DNA of 36,907 nucleotides, taken from positions 1 through 36,907 of IMG/VR virus record IMGVR_UViG_3300025451_000030; one strand, 5' to 3'. Below, piece by piece: positions 1 to 8,016 of the stretch. The DNA is from a virus. Its lineage: Duplodnaviria > Caudoviricetes. The notes under the pieces were generated by a model, which saw nothing but the letters and a program-made list of their open reading frames with translations, searched no databases and was not told the origin of the DNA. How positions within the stretch are numbered: the first letter of the stretch is position 1; every line of letters starts with the position of its first letter. The position numbers and the translations under genes were made by a program.

Positions 1-1
1 C

Positions 2-295
2 CGCCGCGCCGCCCAGGCCCGCCACACCCAGCTGGCCATGCTGGCCCGCCTGCAGGCGTTTGACGACGCCGTGGCCCAGCACATGACGCACGGCGCCATG
101 TCGGGCGCCGACCCGCTGACCGACAGCCTGTACGGCCAGCTAGAAGCGCCGGCCGCTGAAGGCGGGCTGCCCGCCACACCCTACCCCGCCGGCCAGGCAC
201 CCCAGCGCGAGCACCGCGGCTGGTGGCTGACCGGCATCACCCTGCTGGCCGCCCTGGTCAGCCTGGCCCTGCTGACCCCGGGAGCATCTGCATGA
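2..295 (+). CDS. Hypothetical phage protein with C-terminal hydrophobic segment (possibly 5'-truncated by the window)
   Basis: Frame is open from the window start; ends WWLTGITLLAALVSLALL; ATGA overlap with the next gene. Confidence 0.55.
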   Translation, partial: RRAAQARHTQLAMLARLQAFDDAVAQHMTHGAMSGADPLTDSLYGQLEAPAAEGGLPATPYPAGQAPQREHRGWWLTGITLLAALVSLALLTPGASA

Positions 296-639
296 CCATG
301 CCCACCATGGCGCAGCCGCGCCACTTCGCTGGCGAGATCACCGCCCTCACCCTGGGCTGCTGCCTGGGCCTGCACCGCATGGAGGTGCAGCTGACCGACG
401 ACGACGGCGGCCAGCACACGGTGTACCTGGGCTACGGGCGCGGCGCAGATGCCGAGCGCTACGCCCGCCAGCAGTACGAACGCCTGAGCGTGGGCCAGTG
501 GGTGCACGGCAGCGCCACGTTGATGCACCGCACCCCCGGCCTGACCGAGTGGGCCGGCCATGTGCCGCCGCTGCAGCCCTGCCAGCGCCGGCACCGGTTC
601 AGCACCGCCAGCAGGGCGGCGGCATGGCCGGCCCGCTGA
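292..639 (+). CDS. Hypothetical phage protein
   Basis: GGAG RBS, ATG at 292 overlapping the previous stop. Confidence 0.55.
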   Translation: MTMPTMAQPRHFAGEITALTLGCCLGLHRMEVQLTDDDGGQHTVYLGYGRGADAERYARQQYERLSVGQWVHGSATLMHRTPGLTEWAGHVPPLQPCQRRHRFSTASRAAAWPAR

Positions 640-1295
640 TCATCGGCCTGACCGGCCACGCCGGCGCCGGCAAAGACAGCGCGGCCCTGTGCCTGCTGGC
701 CAGCGCCTGGCGCAGCATCGCGTTTGCGGATGCGCTGCGCGTGGAGATTGCTGCCGCCTGGCGCATCGACGTGCGCATGCTCACCGAGCGGGCCACGAAA
801 GACACGCCGATGCGCGCCCTGTGCGTGGGCCAGGCTGACCACCGCGACTGGCTGGCGTTTGCGTGCGCCCAGGGCTGGAACCTGCTGGAGCCGCGCAGCC
901 CGCGCTGGGCCATGCAGCGCTGGGGCGAGTTTCGCCGTGGCATGGCTGCTGACTGGTGGGTGCGGCACGTCGAGGTGTGGCTGACCAACCAACAGCGCAA
1001 CAACCACCCGGGCCTGGTCGTGACCGACGTGCGCATGGCCAATGAAGCGCAGATGCTGCGCAGCATGGGCGGCTGGCTGGTGCGCGTGCACCGCCCCGGC
1101 GCCGGCCTGCAGGCACGCGACACCGCCAGCCACCAGAGTGAGCAGCACACCGCCCTGCAGGTCGACGACGACATCGACAACAGCGGCACGCTGCACGATC
1201 TGCACCTGCAGGTCGATGCGCTGGTGCAGCGGCTGCGCGCCCGGGTGGCCGCCGCGCACGGCGCTGAGCTGCTGAGCACGCGGGGCGCAACATGA
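624..1295 (+). CDS. Deoxynucleoside monophosphate kinase (phage dNMP kinase family)
   Basis: IIGLTGHAGAGKDS Walker A, FADALR, PRWAMQRWG, VVTDVRMANE, H-x-SE and IDNSGT motifs. Confidence 0.88.
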   Translation: MAGPLIIGLTGHAGAGKDSAALCLLASAWRSIAFADALRVEIAAAWRIDVRMLTERATKDTPMRALCVGQADHRDWLAFACAQGWNLLEPRSPRWAMQRWGEFRRGMAADWWVRHVEVWLTNQQRNNHPGLVVTDVRMANEAQMLRSMGGWLVRVHRPGAGLQARDTASHQSEQHTALQVDDDIDNSGTLHDLHLQVDALVQRLRARVAAAHGAELLSTRGAT

Positions 1296-1804
1296 GCCGC
1301 CGCGCCCGCAAATACCACCCGAAGCCGGTGCACAGCAACGCGGTGCAGATCGCCCTGGCGCGCGTGAAGCCGCTCAGCGGCGCAGACGTGGCCGGGCAGA
1401 CAGCCCTGGTGCAGCACGCGCTGCAGCAGTTCTGCCAGGGCATCAACTGCGATGCCCACTGGTGCAGCCTGGCCGACACCGCCAACATGGCCGAGACACT
1501 GGCCGGCATGGGCCTGGGCAGCGGCGACGACGCCACCCGCGTGATCGAGCTGGCGCAGCGCGCCCTGGCTGATGTGCACCAGCGCCACACCCAGCGCGGC
1601 AGCTGGACGCTGTACGCCGACGAGATCGACGCGCTGCACTGGCTGGTGCGCCTGCACTGCACCGCACAGCTGCCGGCCTGCAGCTATGGCGAACTTGGCG
1701 ACGCCATGGCAGCCACCCGCAACCGCATGCAGCAGGCCCTGGCCGGTAACGCGCCGCGCGGCGCGCTGGTGATCGACGGCGGCATGGGCACATCCACCAC
1801 CTGA
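1292..1804 (+). CDS. Hypothetical phage protein
   Basis: ATGA overlap; globular composition. Confidence 0.7.
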   Translation: MSRRARKYHPKPVHSNAVQIALARVKPLSGADVAGQTALVQHALQQFCQGINCDAHWCSLADTANMAETLAGMGLGSGDDATRVIELAQRALADVHQRHTQRGSWTLYADEIDALHWLVRLHCTAQLPACSYGELGDAMAATRNRMQQALAGNAPRGALVIDGGMGTSTT

Positions 1805-1818
1805 ACGGAACCCACCAG

Positions 1819-2424
1819 ATGCTGATACAGAAGACTTGCGGCGTGCAGCAGCGCGCCGGCAACGACCGCCGAGCCGTGACCCTGCGCGACGTGGTGCGCC
1901 GACTGGTGATCGAACGCGGCCACTTGGGCGTCACCAATGAACTGGTGCGCCATGAAGCCCGCTGCCTGGGCCCGATGGCATCGTCGGCGCTGGCCGCGAT
2001 GACGAGGGCCGGCGAGATCTGGGCCGCCAAGGCGCCCGGCAGTCTGACGCACTGGTTTGCATCGGCCGAGCTGGCCGCCCGCTGGCGGGGCCGGCCGCGC
2101 CAGCAGGCGCAGACGCTCACGCAACCGGGGCAGCACCCGCGCCAGCGCATGCCAGGCGCACCACGCATGCAGGAGCCCACCGACGCCCAGAACGCGCCGC
2201 AGGTGCGCCGCCAGCAGCCCGTGGTGCGGATCGCCCACCGCGCAGACACCACCGACGCGCCGACGACCGTGCCGCCCGGCGTTGTGCTGCAGCGCGTGCA
2301 TGCGCCACGACACGACTCGCGCTACCAATGCGCGCCCGGCGAGCGCCCGCACGGCGCCGGGTTCGCCGCTGCCGGCATCGGCCGCGACGTGACCACCGGC
2401 CAGCCATGGGCGCAGCGCGCATGA
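1819..2424 (+). CDS. Hypothetical phage protein
   Basis: In operon; ATGA overlap with the next gene. Confidence 0.6.
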   Translation: MLIQKTCGVQQRAGNDRRAVTLRDVVRRLVIERGHLGVTNELVRHEARCLGPMASSALAAMTRAGEIWAAKAPGSLTHWFASAELAARWRGRPRQQAQTLTQPGQHPRQRMPGAPRMQEPTDAQNAPQVRRQQPVVRIAHRADTTDAPTTVPPGVVLQRVHAPRHDSRYQCAPGERPHGAGFAAAGIGRDVTTGQPWAQRA

Positions 2425-2642
2425 AAACCGAAACGATCACCTGGCACGAACTGCCGGCCGACGGCATGCCCGACGCCGAAACCACTGTGCTGCTGGAACT
2501 GCGCGAGCTGGACGGTGACGGCACCAAGGTTCAGACCGGCTGGCTGGCCCAGTCGGGCTGGGTCGACATCAACGCATGGCCGATCGAGGCTGGCCGCGTC
2601 GTCGCCTGGGCTGACGTGCCTGGCGGGACCGCTGCAGCATGA
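2421..2642 (+). CDS. Small phage protein, DUF551-like
   Basis: ITWHELPADGMPDAETTVL...VVAWADVP pattern; ATGA overlaps on both sides. Confidence 0.6.
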   Translation: MKTETITWHELPADGMPDAETTVLLELRELDGDGTKVQTGWLAQSGWVDINAWPIEAGRVVAWADVPGGTAAA

Positions 2643-3082
2643 ACCACACAGAACTGATTGCGCGGTTGTCCGCCATGTGGGCACAGCTCGACCCTGTGGA
2701 CGAGTGGCGGCCAGTTATCCGCGATGCAATCGACGCGCTGACCCCGCCCGCTGCAGGGGTGCCGGTTGAGCGAATGCTCAGGCCTTTGGTTTGGGCACGG
2801 AAGGACCAACTGCAACATGCCAGCACGCGAGGCGGACTGATGTGCGCCATGTACCCGAACACCGACCGGCGCGCAGACCTGCAGCCGCTGTATGACCAAG
2901 CTGCGCTAGGCGCCGCGCTGAACCTGTGGCCGCGCGACTGCCGTTTGTGCGCGAACTTCACGACGCAGGCAGGAGGGTGCGTGTCCGTGGTTCAGTGCGT
3001 GGACAGCATGCAATTCACGGCGACCACGCCGCGCCAGTATTGGGCGTCGGCGCCTAACGGCCAGGCCCAACGGCTGCCGTAG
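2639..3082 (+). CDS. Hypothetical protein, apparently chimeric (internal attC remnant; ends inside attC1)
   Basis: PVERMLRP is encoded by the attC-arm remnant; CxxC...CxxxxxC in the C-terminal part. Confidence 0.6.
   Translation: MNHTELIARLSAMWAQLDPVDEWRPVIRDAIDALTPPAAGVPVERMLRPLVWARKDQLQHASTRGGLMCAMYPNTDRRADLQPLYDQAALGAALNLWPRDCRLCANFTTQAGGCVSVVQCVDSMQFTATTPRQYWASAPNGQAQRLP
2762..2783 (-). repeat. Degenerate half attC remnant inside ORF 2639-3082
   Basis: CCGGTTGAGCGAATGCTCAGGC matches the family-A right arm CCGGTTGAGCGAATGGTTAGGC at 20/22 positions; no left arm found. Confidence 0.65.
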
Positions 3083-3108
3083 GCAGTCCGTTGCAGCCGT
3101 TGTTGGGC
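3052..3108 (-). repeat. attC-like site 1 (57 bp)
   Basis: GCCTAAC...CAACGGCTGCC-GTA-GGCAGTCCGTTG...GTTGGGC hairpin. Confidence 0.8.
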
Positions 3109-3132
3109 GTTGGTTGCTGACGCTGAACTTTA

Positions 3133-3184
3133 CATTGTGGGCAGTACGAAAACACTAGACAAAGCGCATTTGTGGCAGTACATT
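3133..3184 (+). promoter_or_regulatory. Sigma70-like promoter with direct-repeat operator, copy 1
   Basis: TAGACA(3156-3161)-17 bp-TACATT(3179-3184); CATT(n4)GCAGTAC repeated at 3133 and 3167; AT-rich island. Confidence 0.7.
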
Positions 3185-3227
3185 AATACCACTGCAGCAA
3201 GACGCCGCAGCAACCCAGGAGAGCAAC

Positions 3228-3503
3228 ATGACCGCTACCAAGATCCAAATCGGCATCGACACCAGCATTGACACCACCGAAGACGGCTACGACGGCGGCG
3301 ACGCGGTGATGATCGAATCGCACAACGGCACCGTTTGCATCACTGGCCCGTTTGAGGGCTGGATGGGCTACCAAACGCTGGCTGACCTGCCGATTGAGCA
3401 GGCCGATGAAGCCGACGCCCTGGCCCGCAAGATTGCGGCCGACCCCGTTGCCGAACTCACGGCGCTGGGCTATGACTTGGCCGGCTGGTTCAAGCCGCTG
3501 TGA
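3228..3503 (+). CDS. Cassette gene, acidic hypothetical protein
   Basis: AGGAGA RBS; GTGA overlap with the RHH gene. Confidence 0.75.
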   Translation: MTATKIQIGIDTSIDTTEDGYDGGDAVMIESHNGTVCITGPFEGWMGYQTLADLPIEQADEADALARKIAADPVAELTALGYDLAGWFKPL

Positions 3504-3682
3504 ACCAAGCTCCGGGAAAGGCCAAGCCGGGGCGCAAGCCCCTGGCCGATGGCGATGGCAAGACCGCCCGTGTGCAACTGAAGCTGACGCCGGCCGCGAA
3601 AGCCGATTGGCTGGCGAAAGCCGCCGCTGCCGGTTTGACGCTGCAAGCCTGGGTGGAGTTGCGGTGCAGCGGGAAGCGGTGA
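3500..3682 (+). CDS. Ribbon-helix-helix-like DNA-binding protein, copy 1
   Basis: GRKP basic arm, RVQLKLT strand and two helices (AAAAGLTLQAWV); 56/60 identical to 9267-9449. Confidence 0.7.
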   Translation: MNQAPGKAKPGRKPLADGDGKTARVQLKLTPAAKADWLAKAAAAGLTLQAWVELRCSGKR

Positions 3683-3683
3683 C

Positions 3684-3784
3684 GCCCAACGTTGCCAATG
3701 AGGCGGGGCAAACGGCGCTGCCGCTGCCGGCTACACCCACAACCAGACCCGCCGTTTGACCTCGCCTCGATTGGCGGGTTAGGC
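3684..3784 (-). repeat. attC-like site 2 (101 bp, family B)
   Basis: GCCCAACGTTGCCAATGAGGCG...CGCCTCGATTGGCGGGTTAGGC; near copy at 7891-7989. Confidence 0.85.
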
Positions 3785-3807
3785 CCTGGTGAACGTAGAG
3801 GGAACAA

Positions 3808-4140
3808 ATGAACCGCATGGAGCAACTGCTGGCGTTCTGCGATTGGGAGCGGAAGCACAACCCGCACCCGGAAGGCAAGCCGCATGTGGCGGAGTGGGCT
3901 GCTGCTGAGATTGAACGGCTGAACGGAGAAGTTGCGCTGTTGCGCGCCACGATGGAAGGCGCCACCTACCAACTGAGCAAGGCGCGCATTTGGGGCGGCA
4001 TGGAGTGGCATTACAACCCGTTGCACCCAATGCACTACAGGCCGGCGCTTGATCGTCTGCGCGAAGTGCTGGACGGGCCTAACGCTGTAGCTCACCGGAC
4101 CCTGGAGGCGGAACGCCGCAAGGGGTCCGGTGCAGCGTAG
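3808..4140 (+). CDS. Cassette gene, hypothetical (AAAEIERL coiled-coil motif); reads through most of attC3
   Basis: GAGGG RBS; stop lies inside attC3. Confidence 0.7.
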   Translation: MNRMEQLLAFCDWERKHNPHPEGKPHVAEWAAAEIERLNGEVALLRATMEGATYQLSKARIWGGMEWHYNPLHPMHYRPALDRLREVLDGPNAVAHRTLEAERRKGSGAA

Positions 4141-4148
4141 TGTTAGCG
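4077..4148 (-). repeat. attC-like site 3 (72 bp)
   Basis: GCCTAACGCTGTAGCTCACCGGACCC...GGGGTCCGGTGCAGCGTAGTGTTAGCG. Confidence 0.8.
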
Positions 4149-4307
4149 GGCCGGTGGCTTAGCGCGCAGCAGCACCGCACGCGCCCACTCTAGGCCATGC
4201 TCATCGATCTTTGCCCACACCGCTGGAGGCATGCGGATAGACCGCTGCACCAGGCGCTTGGCTTCCGGGATGGGTGGGCGCCCGCCCTTGTTCTTTGGCT
4301 GTTCCAT
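4143..4307 (-). CDS. Small RHH/antitoxin-like regulator, probably leaderless
   Basis: MEQPKNKGGRPP...VQRSIRMPPAVWAKI; TATACT 6 nt upstream of the ATG; stop TAA lies in the attC3 core. Confidence 0.65.
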   Translation of the reverse strand: MEQPKNKGGRPPIPEAKRLVQRSIRMPPAVWAKIDEHGLEWARAVLLRAKPPAR

Positions 4308-4313
4308 GCGGGC

Positions 4314-4365
4314 AGTATACGTGATGCACAAACCGCTTGCGCTTGCTTTGTTTGTGTGATTCAAT
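4314..4365. promoter_or_regulatory. Divergent promoter region
   Basis: Minus strand: -10 TATACT (4314-4319). Plus strand: TTGCGC-17 bp-TTCAAT with extended TG. Confidence 0.45.
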
Positions 4366-4399
4366 AACACCCATCGACACACCAACCGGAGCAAGCAAC

Positions 4400-4603
4400 A
4401 TGCAAACCACCCACCTGCAAAACATTGGCAAAGTAGCCGCGAAGCCCGCCGAACAGATCAAGGCCGGCGACGTGCTGGTTTGGAACTTCGGCAGCACCAG
4501 CGAAGTGCTGGCTGTTGAGCGCACCGCCAAGACTGTTGTGGTGAAGCTGTCGGGCGGCTACAGCCGTCGCTTTGGCGCCTCCCGCCTGGTGGCGGTGCAA
4601 TGA
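4400..4603 (+). CDS. Cassette gene, small beta-rich (SH3-like) protein
   Basis: GGAG RBS; KPAEQIKAGDVLVWNFG. Confidence 0.7.
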   Translation: MQTTHLQNIGKVAAKPAEQIKAGDVLVWNFGSTSEVLAVERTAKTVVVKLSGGYSRRFGASRLVAVQ

Positions 4604-4818
4604 AGGCGCACCTGGTGAAGATTCAGCGGGTAGCGACCGCTGCCCGCGAATACGACGCGGTGACGGTGTATGTAGGTGATCTGCGCCTGCGCTGCGATGC
4701 TATTGACGACCGAACGATCAGGCTGGCACGAAGGCTGGCAGAGGATTGCGGTGCGACGTTCATGTACGACGAACACAACGCCGAGCGAGTGCGGGCGGCT
4801 TGCGCGATTGCCGGCTAA
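4600..4818 (+). CDS. Cassette gene, hypothetical
   Basis: ATGA overlap; stop TAA is in the attC4 core. Confidence 0.65.
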   Translation: MKAHLVKIQRVATAAREYDAVTVYVGDLRLRCDAIDDRTIRLARRLAEDCGATFMYDEHNAERVRAACAIAG

Positions 4819-4886
4819 CGTTGGAGCTAAGGCGCCGACGTAGGGCCGCAGGCCCGTAGGAGGTCGCCTTGAGCGACCAGTTAGGC
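4813..4886 (-). repeat. attC-like site 4 (74 bp)
   Basis: GGCTAACGTTGGAGCTAAGGCG...CGCCTTGAGCGACCAGTTAGGC. Confidence 0.85.
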
Positions 4887-4906
4887 ATCAACGTGGAGAA
4901 ACAAGC

Positions 4907-5233
4907 ATGGAAGAGTGGGAAGAAGTCGATATACCGACACACCGGCTGAAAGATGCGAAGTGGGTTGCCACCGTGGCCGAGATTCGCAACAACGCCACGG
5001 GCGTGGTTCGCGAGTACCAGGACAACTCCATCATGGAAGACGGCGCGCCCGAGCCGAGCTCTTTCATGTGGGAAGACGGCAACTACGCCTGCGACTGCAA
5101 CCGCAAACTGTTTTTTGCTAGAGCGGCTGGCGAGGATGAGGATTGGGAAAGCGAATGCAGCGATGGCCTCTACTCCGTTCGCGTGCGGAACAAGAAAAGT
5201 GGCCGCGTGTTCTACAGCGAATTTGATGCCTAA
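4907..5233 (+). CDS. Cassette gene, hypothetical (WEDGNYACDCNR motif)
   Basis: GGAG RBS; stop TAA is in the attC5 core. Confidence 0.8.
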   Translation: MEEWEEVDIPTHRLKDAKWVATVAEIRNNATGVVREYQDNSIMEDGAPEPSSFMWEDGNYACDCNRKLFFARAAGEDEDWESECSDGLYSVRVRNKKSGRVFYSEFDA

Positions 5234-5296
5234 CGTGGCCGGTAACCGGCCTGGCCCGGCTTGCCGGGACAGGTCCGGTTGACCCGCCAGTTAGCC
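5228..5296 (-). repeat. attC-like site 5 (69 bp, family E)
   Basis: GCCTAACGTGGCCGGTAACCGG...CCGGTTGACCCGCCAGTTAGCC; unpaired G and T fall on the plus strand. Confidence 0.85.
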
Positions 5297-5339
5297 GGCA
5301 CTGGTGAAACGCCGGCACCTGCCTGAAAGGGCTGATACC

Positions 5340-5702
5340 TTGAACCAAGAGCAGATTGCCCGAGTGGCACACGAAGTGAACCGCGCCTATTGCCAGGCGC
5401 TGGGCGACCACAGCCAGCCAGCATGGGAAGACGCGCCGCAGTGGCAGCGCGACAGCGCCATGCTGGGCGTGAAGCTGCACACCGAAAACCCCGGCGCCAG
5501 CCCTTCCGCCAGCCATGAAAGCTGGATGGCGCAGAAGGTGGCCGAAGGCTGGGTCTACGGCCCCGAGAAGAAGCCAGAGCTGAAGCAGCACCACTGCATC
5601 GTGCCGTTTGACGCGCTGCCGGTGGCGCAGCAGGCGAAGGACTACATATTTCGCGGCGTGGTGCATGCCCTGGCGCACGCGCCGGCCACAGTTGCCGCAT
5701 AG
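5340..5702 (+). CDS. Cassette gene, RyR-domain phage protein
   Basis: IARVAHEVNRAYC...HESWMAQKVAEGWVYGPEK...HHCIVPFDALP...KD fits the RyR repeat signature; TTG start after GAAAGGG (GTG 5304 is an alternative). Confidence 0.8.
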   Translation: MNQEQIARVAHEVNRAYCQALGDHSQPAWEDAPQWQRDSAMLGVKLHTENPGASPSASHESWMAQKVAEGWVYGPEKKPELKQHHCIVPFDALPVAQQAKDYIFRGVVHALAHAPATVAA

Positions 5703-5737
5703 GTGCGCAGATGCCGGGCATGCAGGTATTGGTGTCC

Positions 5738-5837
5738 GGCTAACGTTCGAGCTAAGCAGGAGACAACGGCGTGACCATGCTGGACGAAGCCACAGAAGCG
5801 AGCGCCGTTGGCTCTCTGCTTGAGCGAGGAGTTATGC
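5738..5837 (-). repeat. attC-like site 6 (100 bp, family C); contains the RBS and GTG start of the downstream gene
   Basis: GGCTAACGTTCGAGCTAAGCAGGAGACAACGGC-GTG...GCCGTTGGCTCTCTGCTTGAGCGAGGAGTTATGC. Confidence 0.85.
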
Positions 5838-6631
5838 GCCCGGTGGAGTGCTTACGGACCGTGGCGGCCCTCTATGTTGAGCCGAAGGGCTGCTATGTGG
5901 GCGTGCCGGGTGTTGATGCTTGGGACGAAGCCCGCGATGCCCGCACCTACAACGGCCCGCACCCGGTGGTAGCGCACCCGCCCTGCCAGCGATGGGGCAG
6001 GTTCTGGCACGGCAGCACACGCAAACCGCATCAGTACAAGCTGGGCGACGATGGCGGGTGTTTTGCTGCTGCCCTGGCCGCGCTGCGCCTGAATGGCGGC
6101 GCGCTTGAGCACCCGATGGACTCGCATGCGTGGAAGTATTTCAGGCTGAAGAAGCCGCCGCGCAAAGGTGGGTGGGTTGAGGCCGCGCCAGGCTTGTGGA
6201 CATGCTGCGTGTACCAGGGCCACTACGGGCACCTTGCCGGCAAAGGAACATGGCTGCTTGTGGCTGGCGTGCCAAAGCGCCTGCTTCCCGAACTGCGCTG
6301 GGGCAAGACACCGCAGCGGCTGCACCCTCGCGCCGTGGAGTTGCACGGCTACGAGAAAGCGCGGCGCATTGGAATGATGGCGATGGTGGGCGGCAATGAC
6401 AAAACTGCGATTCGCAACGGCACGCCGCCTGAGTTCCGAGACTTGCTGATTGAGATTGCGCGCAGCGCAGTGAACCCGGTGGAGCAAGGTGCCGCCGCGC
6501 TGGCCCTGTTGAAGCGCATCCGCTACCACGCGCAGCGGCACGCGCTGCCGCGAGACTGGCTGACGGCAGCAGACGAGGTTTTAGGCACTTGGCATGCGGT
6601 GAAACTCACCCATTCCGAGATAGGCGCATAA
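5771..6631 (+). CDS. Cassette gene, DNA cytosine methyltransferase-like phage protein
   Basis: VVAHPPCQRW (motif IV PC-like) and LEHP (motif VI ENV-like); first ~22 codons lie in attC6; stop is in the attC7 core. Confidence 0.6.
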   Translation: MTMLDEATEASAVGSLLERGVMRPVECLRTVAALYVEPKGCYVGVPGVDAWDEARDARTYNGPHPVVAHPPCQRWGRFWHGSTRKPHQYKLGDDGGCFAAALAALRLNGGALEHPMDSHAWKYFRLKKPPRKGGWVEAAPGLWTCCVYQGHYGHLAGKGTWLLVAGVPKRLLPELRWGKTPQRLHPRAVELHGYEKARRIGMMAMVGGNDKTAIRNGTPPEFRDLLIEIARSAVNPVEQGAAALALLKRIRYHAQRHALPRDWLTAADEVLGTWHAVKLTHSEIGA

Positions 6632-6725
6632 CGCCAGGTTAAGCGGGAGACAACAGCCGTGACCAAGTATGAAGACGCGCAAGTGGTGGCCGCTGTTGGC
6701 TCTCCGCTTGAACCGACAGTTAGCC
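6626..6725 (-). repeat. attC-like site 7 (100 bp, family C); contains the RBS and GTG start of the downstream gene
   Basis: GCATAACGCCAGGTTAAGCGGGAGACAACAGCC-GTG...GCTGTTGGCTCTCCGCTTGAACCGACAGTTAGCC. Confidence 0.85.
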
Positions 6726-7489
6726 GTCATGCCGCGCCGCGCGTGATAGCGCAGTTTTCCTGCGGCGCTGCCTCGGCGGTGGCTACCAAGATGGCGCTGG
6801 CCCAGTACAAGGGCGCAGAGGTGGTGATTGCCAATGCGTTTTTGGTGGAAGAGGATGAAGACAACCGCCGCTTCTTGGCCGACTGCGAAGACTGGTTCGG
6901 TCAGCGCGCCCTGCAACTGCGGGATGAGAAGTACGGGGCCAGCGCCGACGAGGTGTGGCGGCGCAAGCGGTTCATGAAGGGGCGCAAGGGTGCGCCGTGC
7001 TCTGGCGAACTGAAGCGCAAGGTGCTGGACAAGGTGAAACGCCCCGACGATGTGCTGATATTTGGCTTCACCGCCGAAGAAGCAGACCGCTTCGATGACT
7101 TCCAAGAGCGCAACCCGCAACTGAAAGCCACTGCGCCGCTGGTGGAGAACGGGATTGGGAAGGCCGACTGTCTTGCGATGGTGCAGCGGGCCAGCATCAA
7201 GCTGCCGCTAGCCTACCGCCAGGGCTACAGCAACGCGAACTGCACCGGCTGCCCCAAGGGCGGCGAGGGCTACTGGAACCACGTTCGCAAGGTTCACCCG
7301 CTGGTGTTCCGTGCGCGCCTGGAGCGGCAGGAATCCATCGGCCCAGGCGCGTACTTCTTCCGCGACCGCGACACCGAAGAACGCTTCGGGTTGAAGGACT
7401 TGGACCCGAAGGCGGGCCGCCACGATGAACCGATGCCAGCGTGCAGTTTCTTCTGCGAGCTGGGCGAACAAGAGTACGCCGCCTCATGA
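6659..7489 (+). CDS. Cassette gene, PAPS-reductase-like (adenine nucleotide alpha-hydrolase) protein with Cys cluster
   Basis: FSCGAASAVA PP-loop variant, GAPC, NANCTGCPKGGEGYW, terminal CSFFC; first ~22 codons lie in attC7. Confidence 0.7.
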   Translation: MTKYEDAQVVAAVGSPLEPTVSRHAAPRVIAQFSCGAASAVATKMALAQYKGAEVVIANAFLVEEDEDNRRFLADCEDWFGQRALQLRDEKYGASADEVWRRKRFMKGRKGAPCSGELKRKVLDKVKRPDDVLIFGFTAEEADRFDDFQERNPQLKATAPLVENGIGKADCLAMVQRASIKLPLAYRQGYSNANCTGCPKGGEGYWNHVRKVHPLVFRARLERQESIGPGAYFFRDRDTEERFGLKDLDPKAGRHDEPMPACSFFCELGEQEYAAS

Positions 7490-7490
7490 C

Positions 7491-7590
7491 GGCTAACGTT
7501 TGAGCTAACCGGAAAACCCGGCAGCTACAGAAGATGATAGGCGCCACGGTGCCGCCTGCCGGGGTTTTCCGGTTGAGCGAATGGTTAGGC
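7491..7590 (-). repeat. attC-like site 8 (100 bp, family A)
   Basis: GGCTAACGTTTGAGCTAACCGGAAAACCCGGCAGC...GCCTGCCGGGGTTTTCCGGTTGAGCGAATGGTTAGGC. Confidence 0.9.
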
Positions 7591-7618
7591 CACGCATTGG
7601 TGGCAAGTGAGGAACGAC

Positions 7619-7882
7619 ATGAGAAGCACACTGTTGGCTGCAACCGCGTTGTCGGTGATGGCTGGTATGGGAGCGATTTCGCAGTCAATGCCTGCACCGC
7701 GCAAGGACAGCAACCGCGACTACAGGGACGCAGACATTGAGCGCGCCTTCGCTCGAAACGAGCGCCCGGCACCAGGCCCCGAAGAAGTGAAGCGTGCGGC
7801 GGTGCGCGCCGAGATTGCAGCGCACAACGCCGAAGTCGAGCGCCGCAAGGCCGAGAAGCGCGCTCGCAGGCTGACCCGCTGA
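7619..7882 (+). CDS. Cassette gene, hypothetical (hydrophobic N-terminus, basic coiled-coil C-terminus)
   Basis: GAGGA RBS; fills the cassette. Confidence 0.65.
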   Translation: MRSTLLAATALSVMAGMGAISQSMPAPRKDSNRDYRDADIERAFARNERPAPGPEEVKRAAVRAEIAAHNAEVERRKAEKRARRLTR

Positions 7883-7890
7883 ATTGCGGG

Positions 7891-7989
7891 GCCTAACGTT
7901 GCCGATGAGGCGGGGCAAACGGCCGCGCCGTGATGGCAGATGAACAAACCGCCCCGCCGTTTGACCTCGCCTCGATTGGCGGGTTAGGC
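7891..7989 (-). repeat. attC-like site 9 (99 bp, family B)
   Basis: Arms nearly identical to site 2, different loop. Confidence 0.85.
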
Positions 7990-8016
7990 GTGGCGAACGA
8001 AGCGAAAGGACATGGA

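Noticed and set aside
459-2352. Long minus-strand ORFs (459-1259, 599-1657, 1443-2252)
   Set aside because: Shadows of a tightly ATGA-coupled plus-strand operon.
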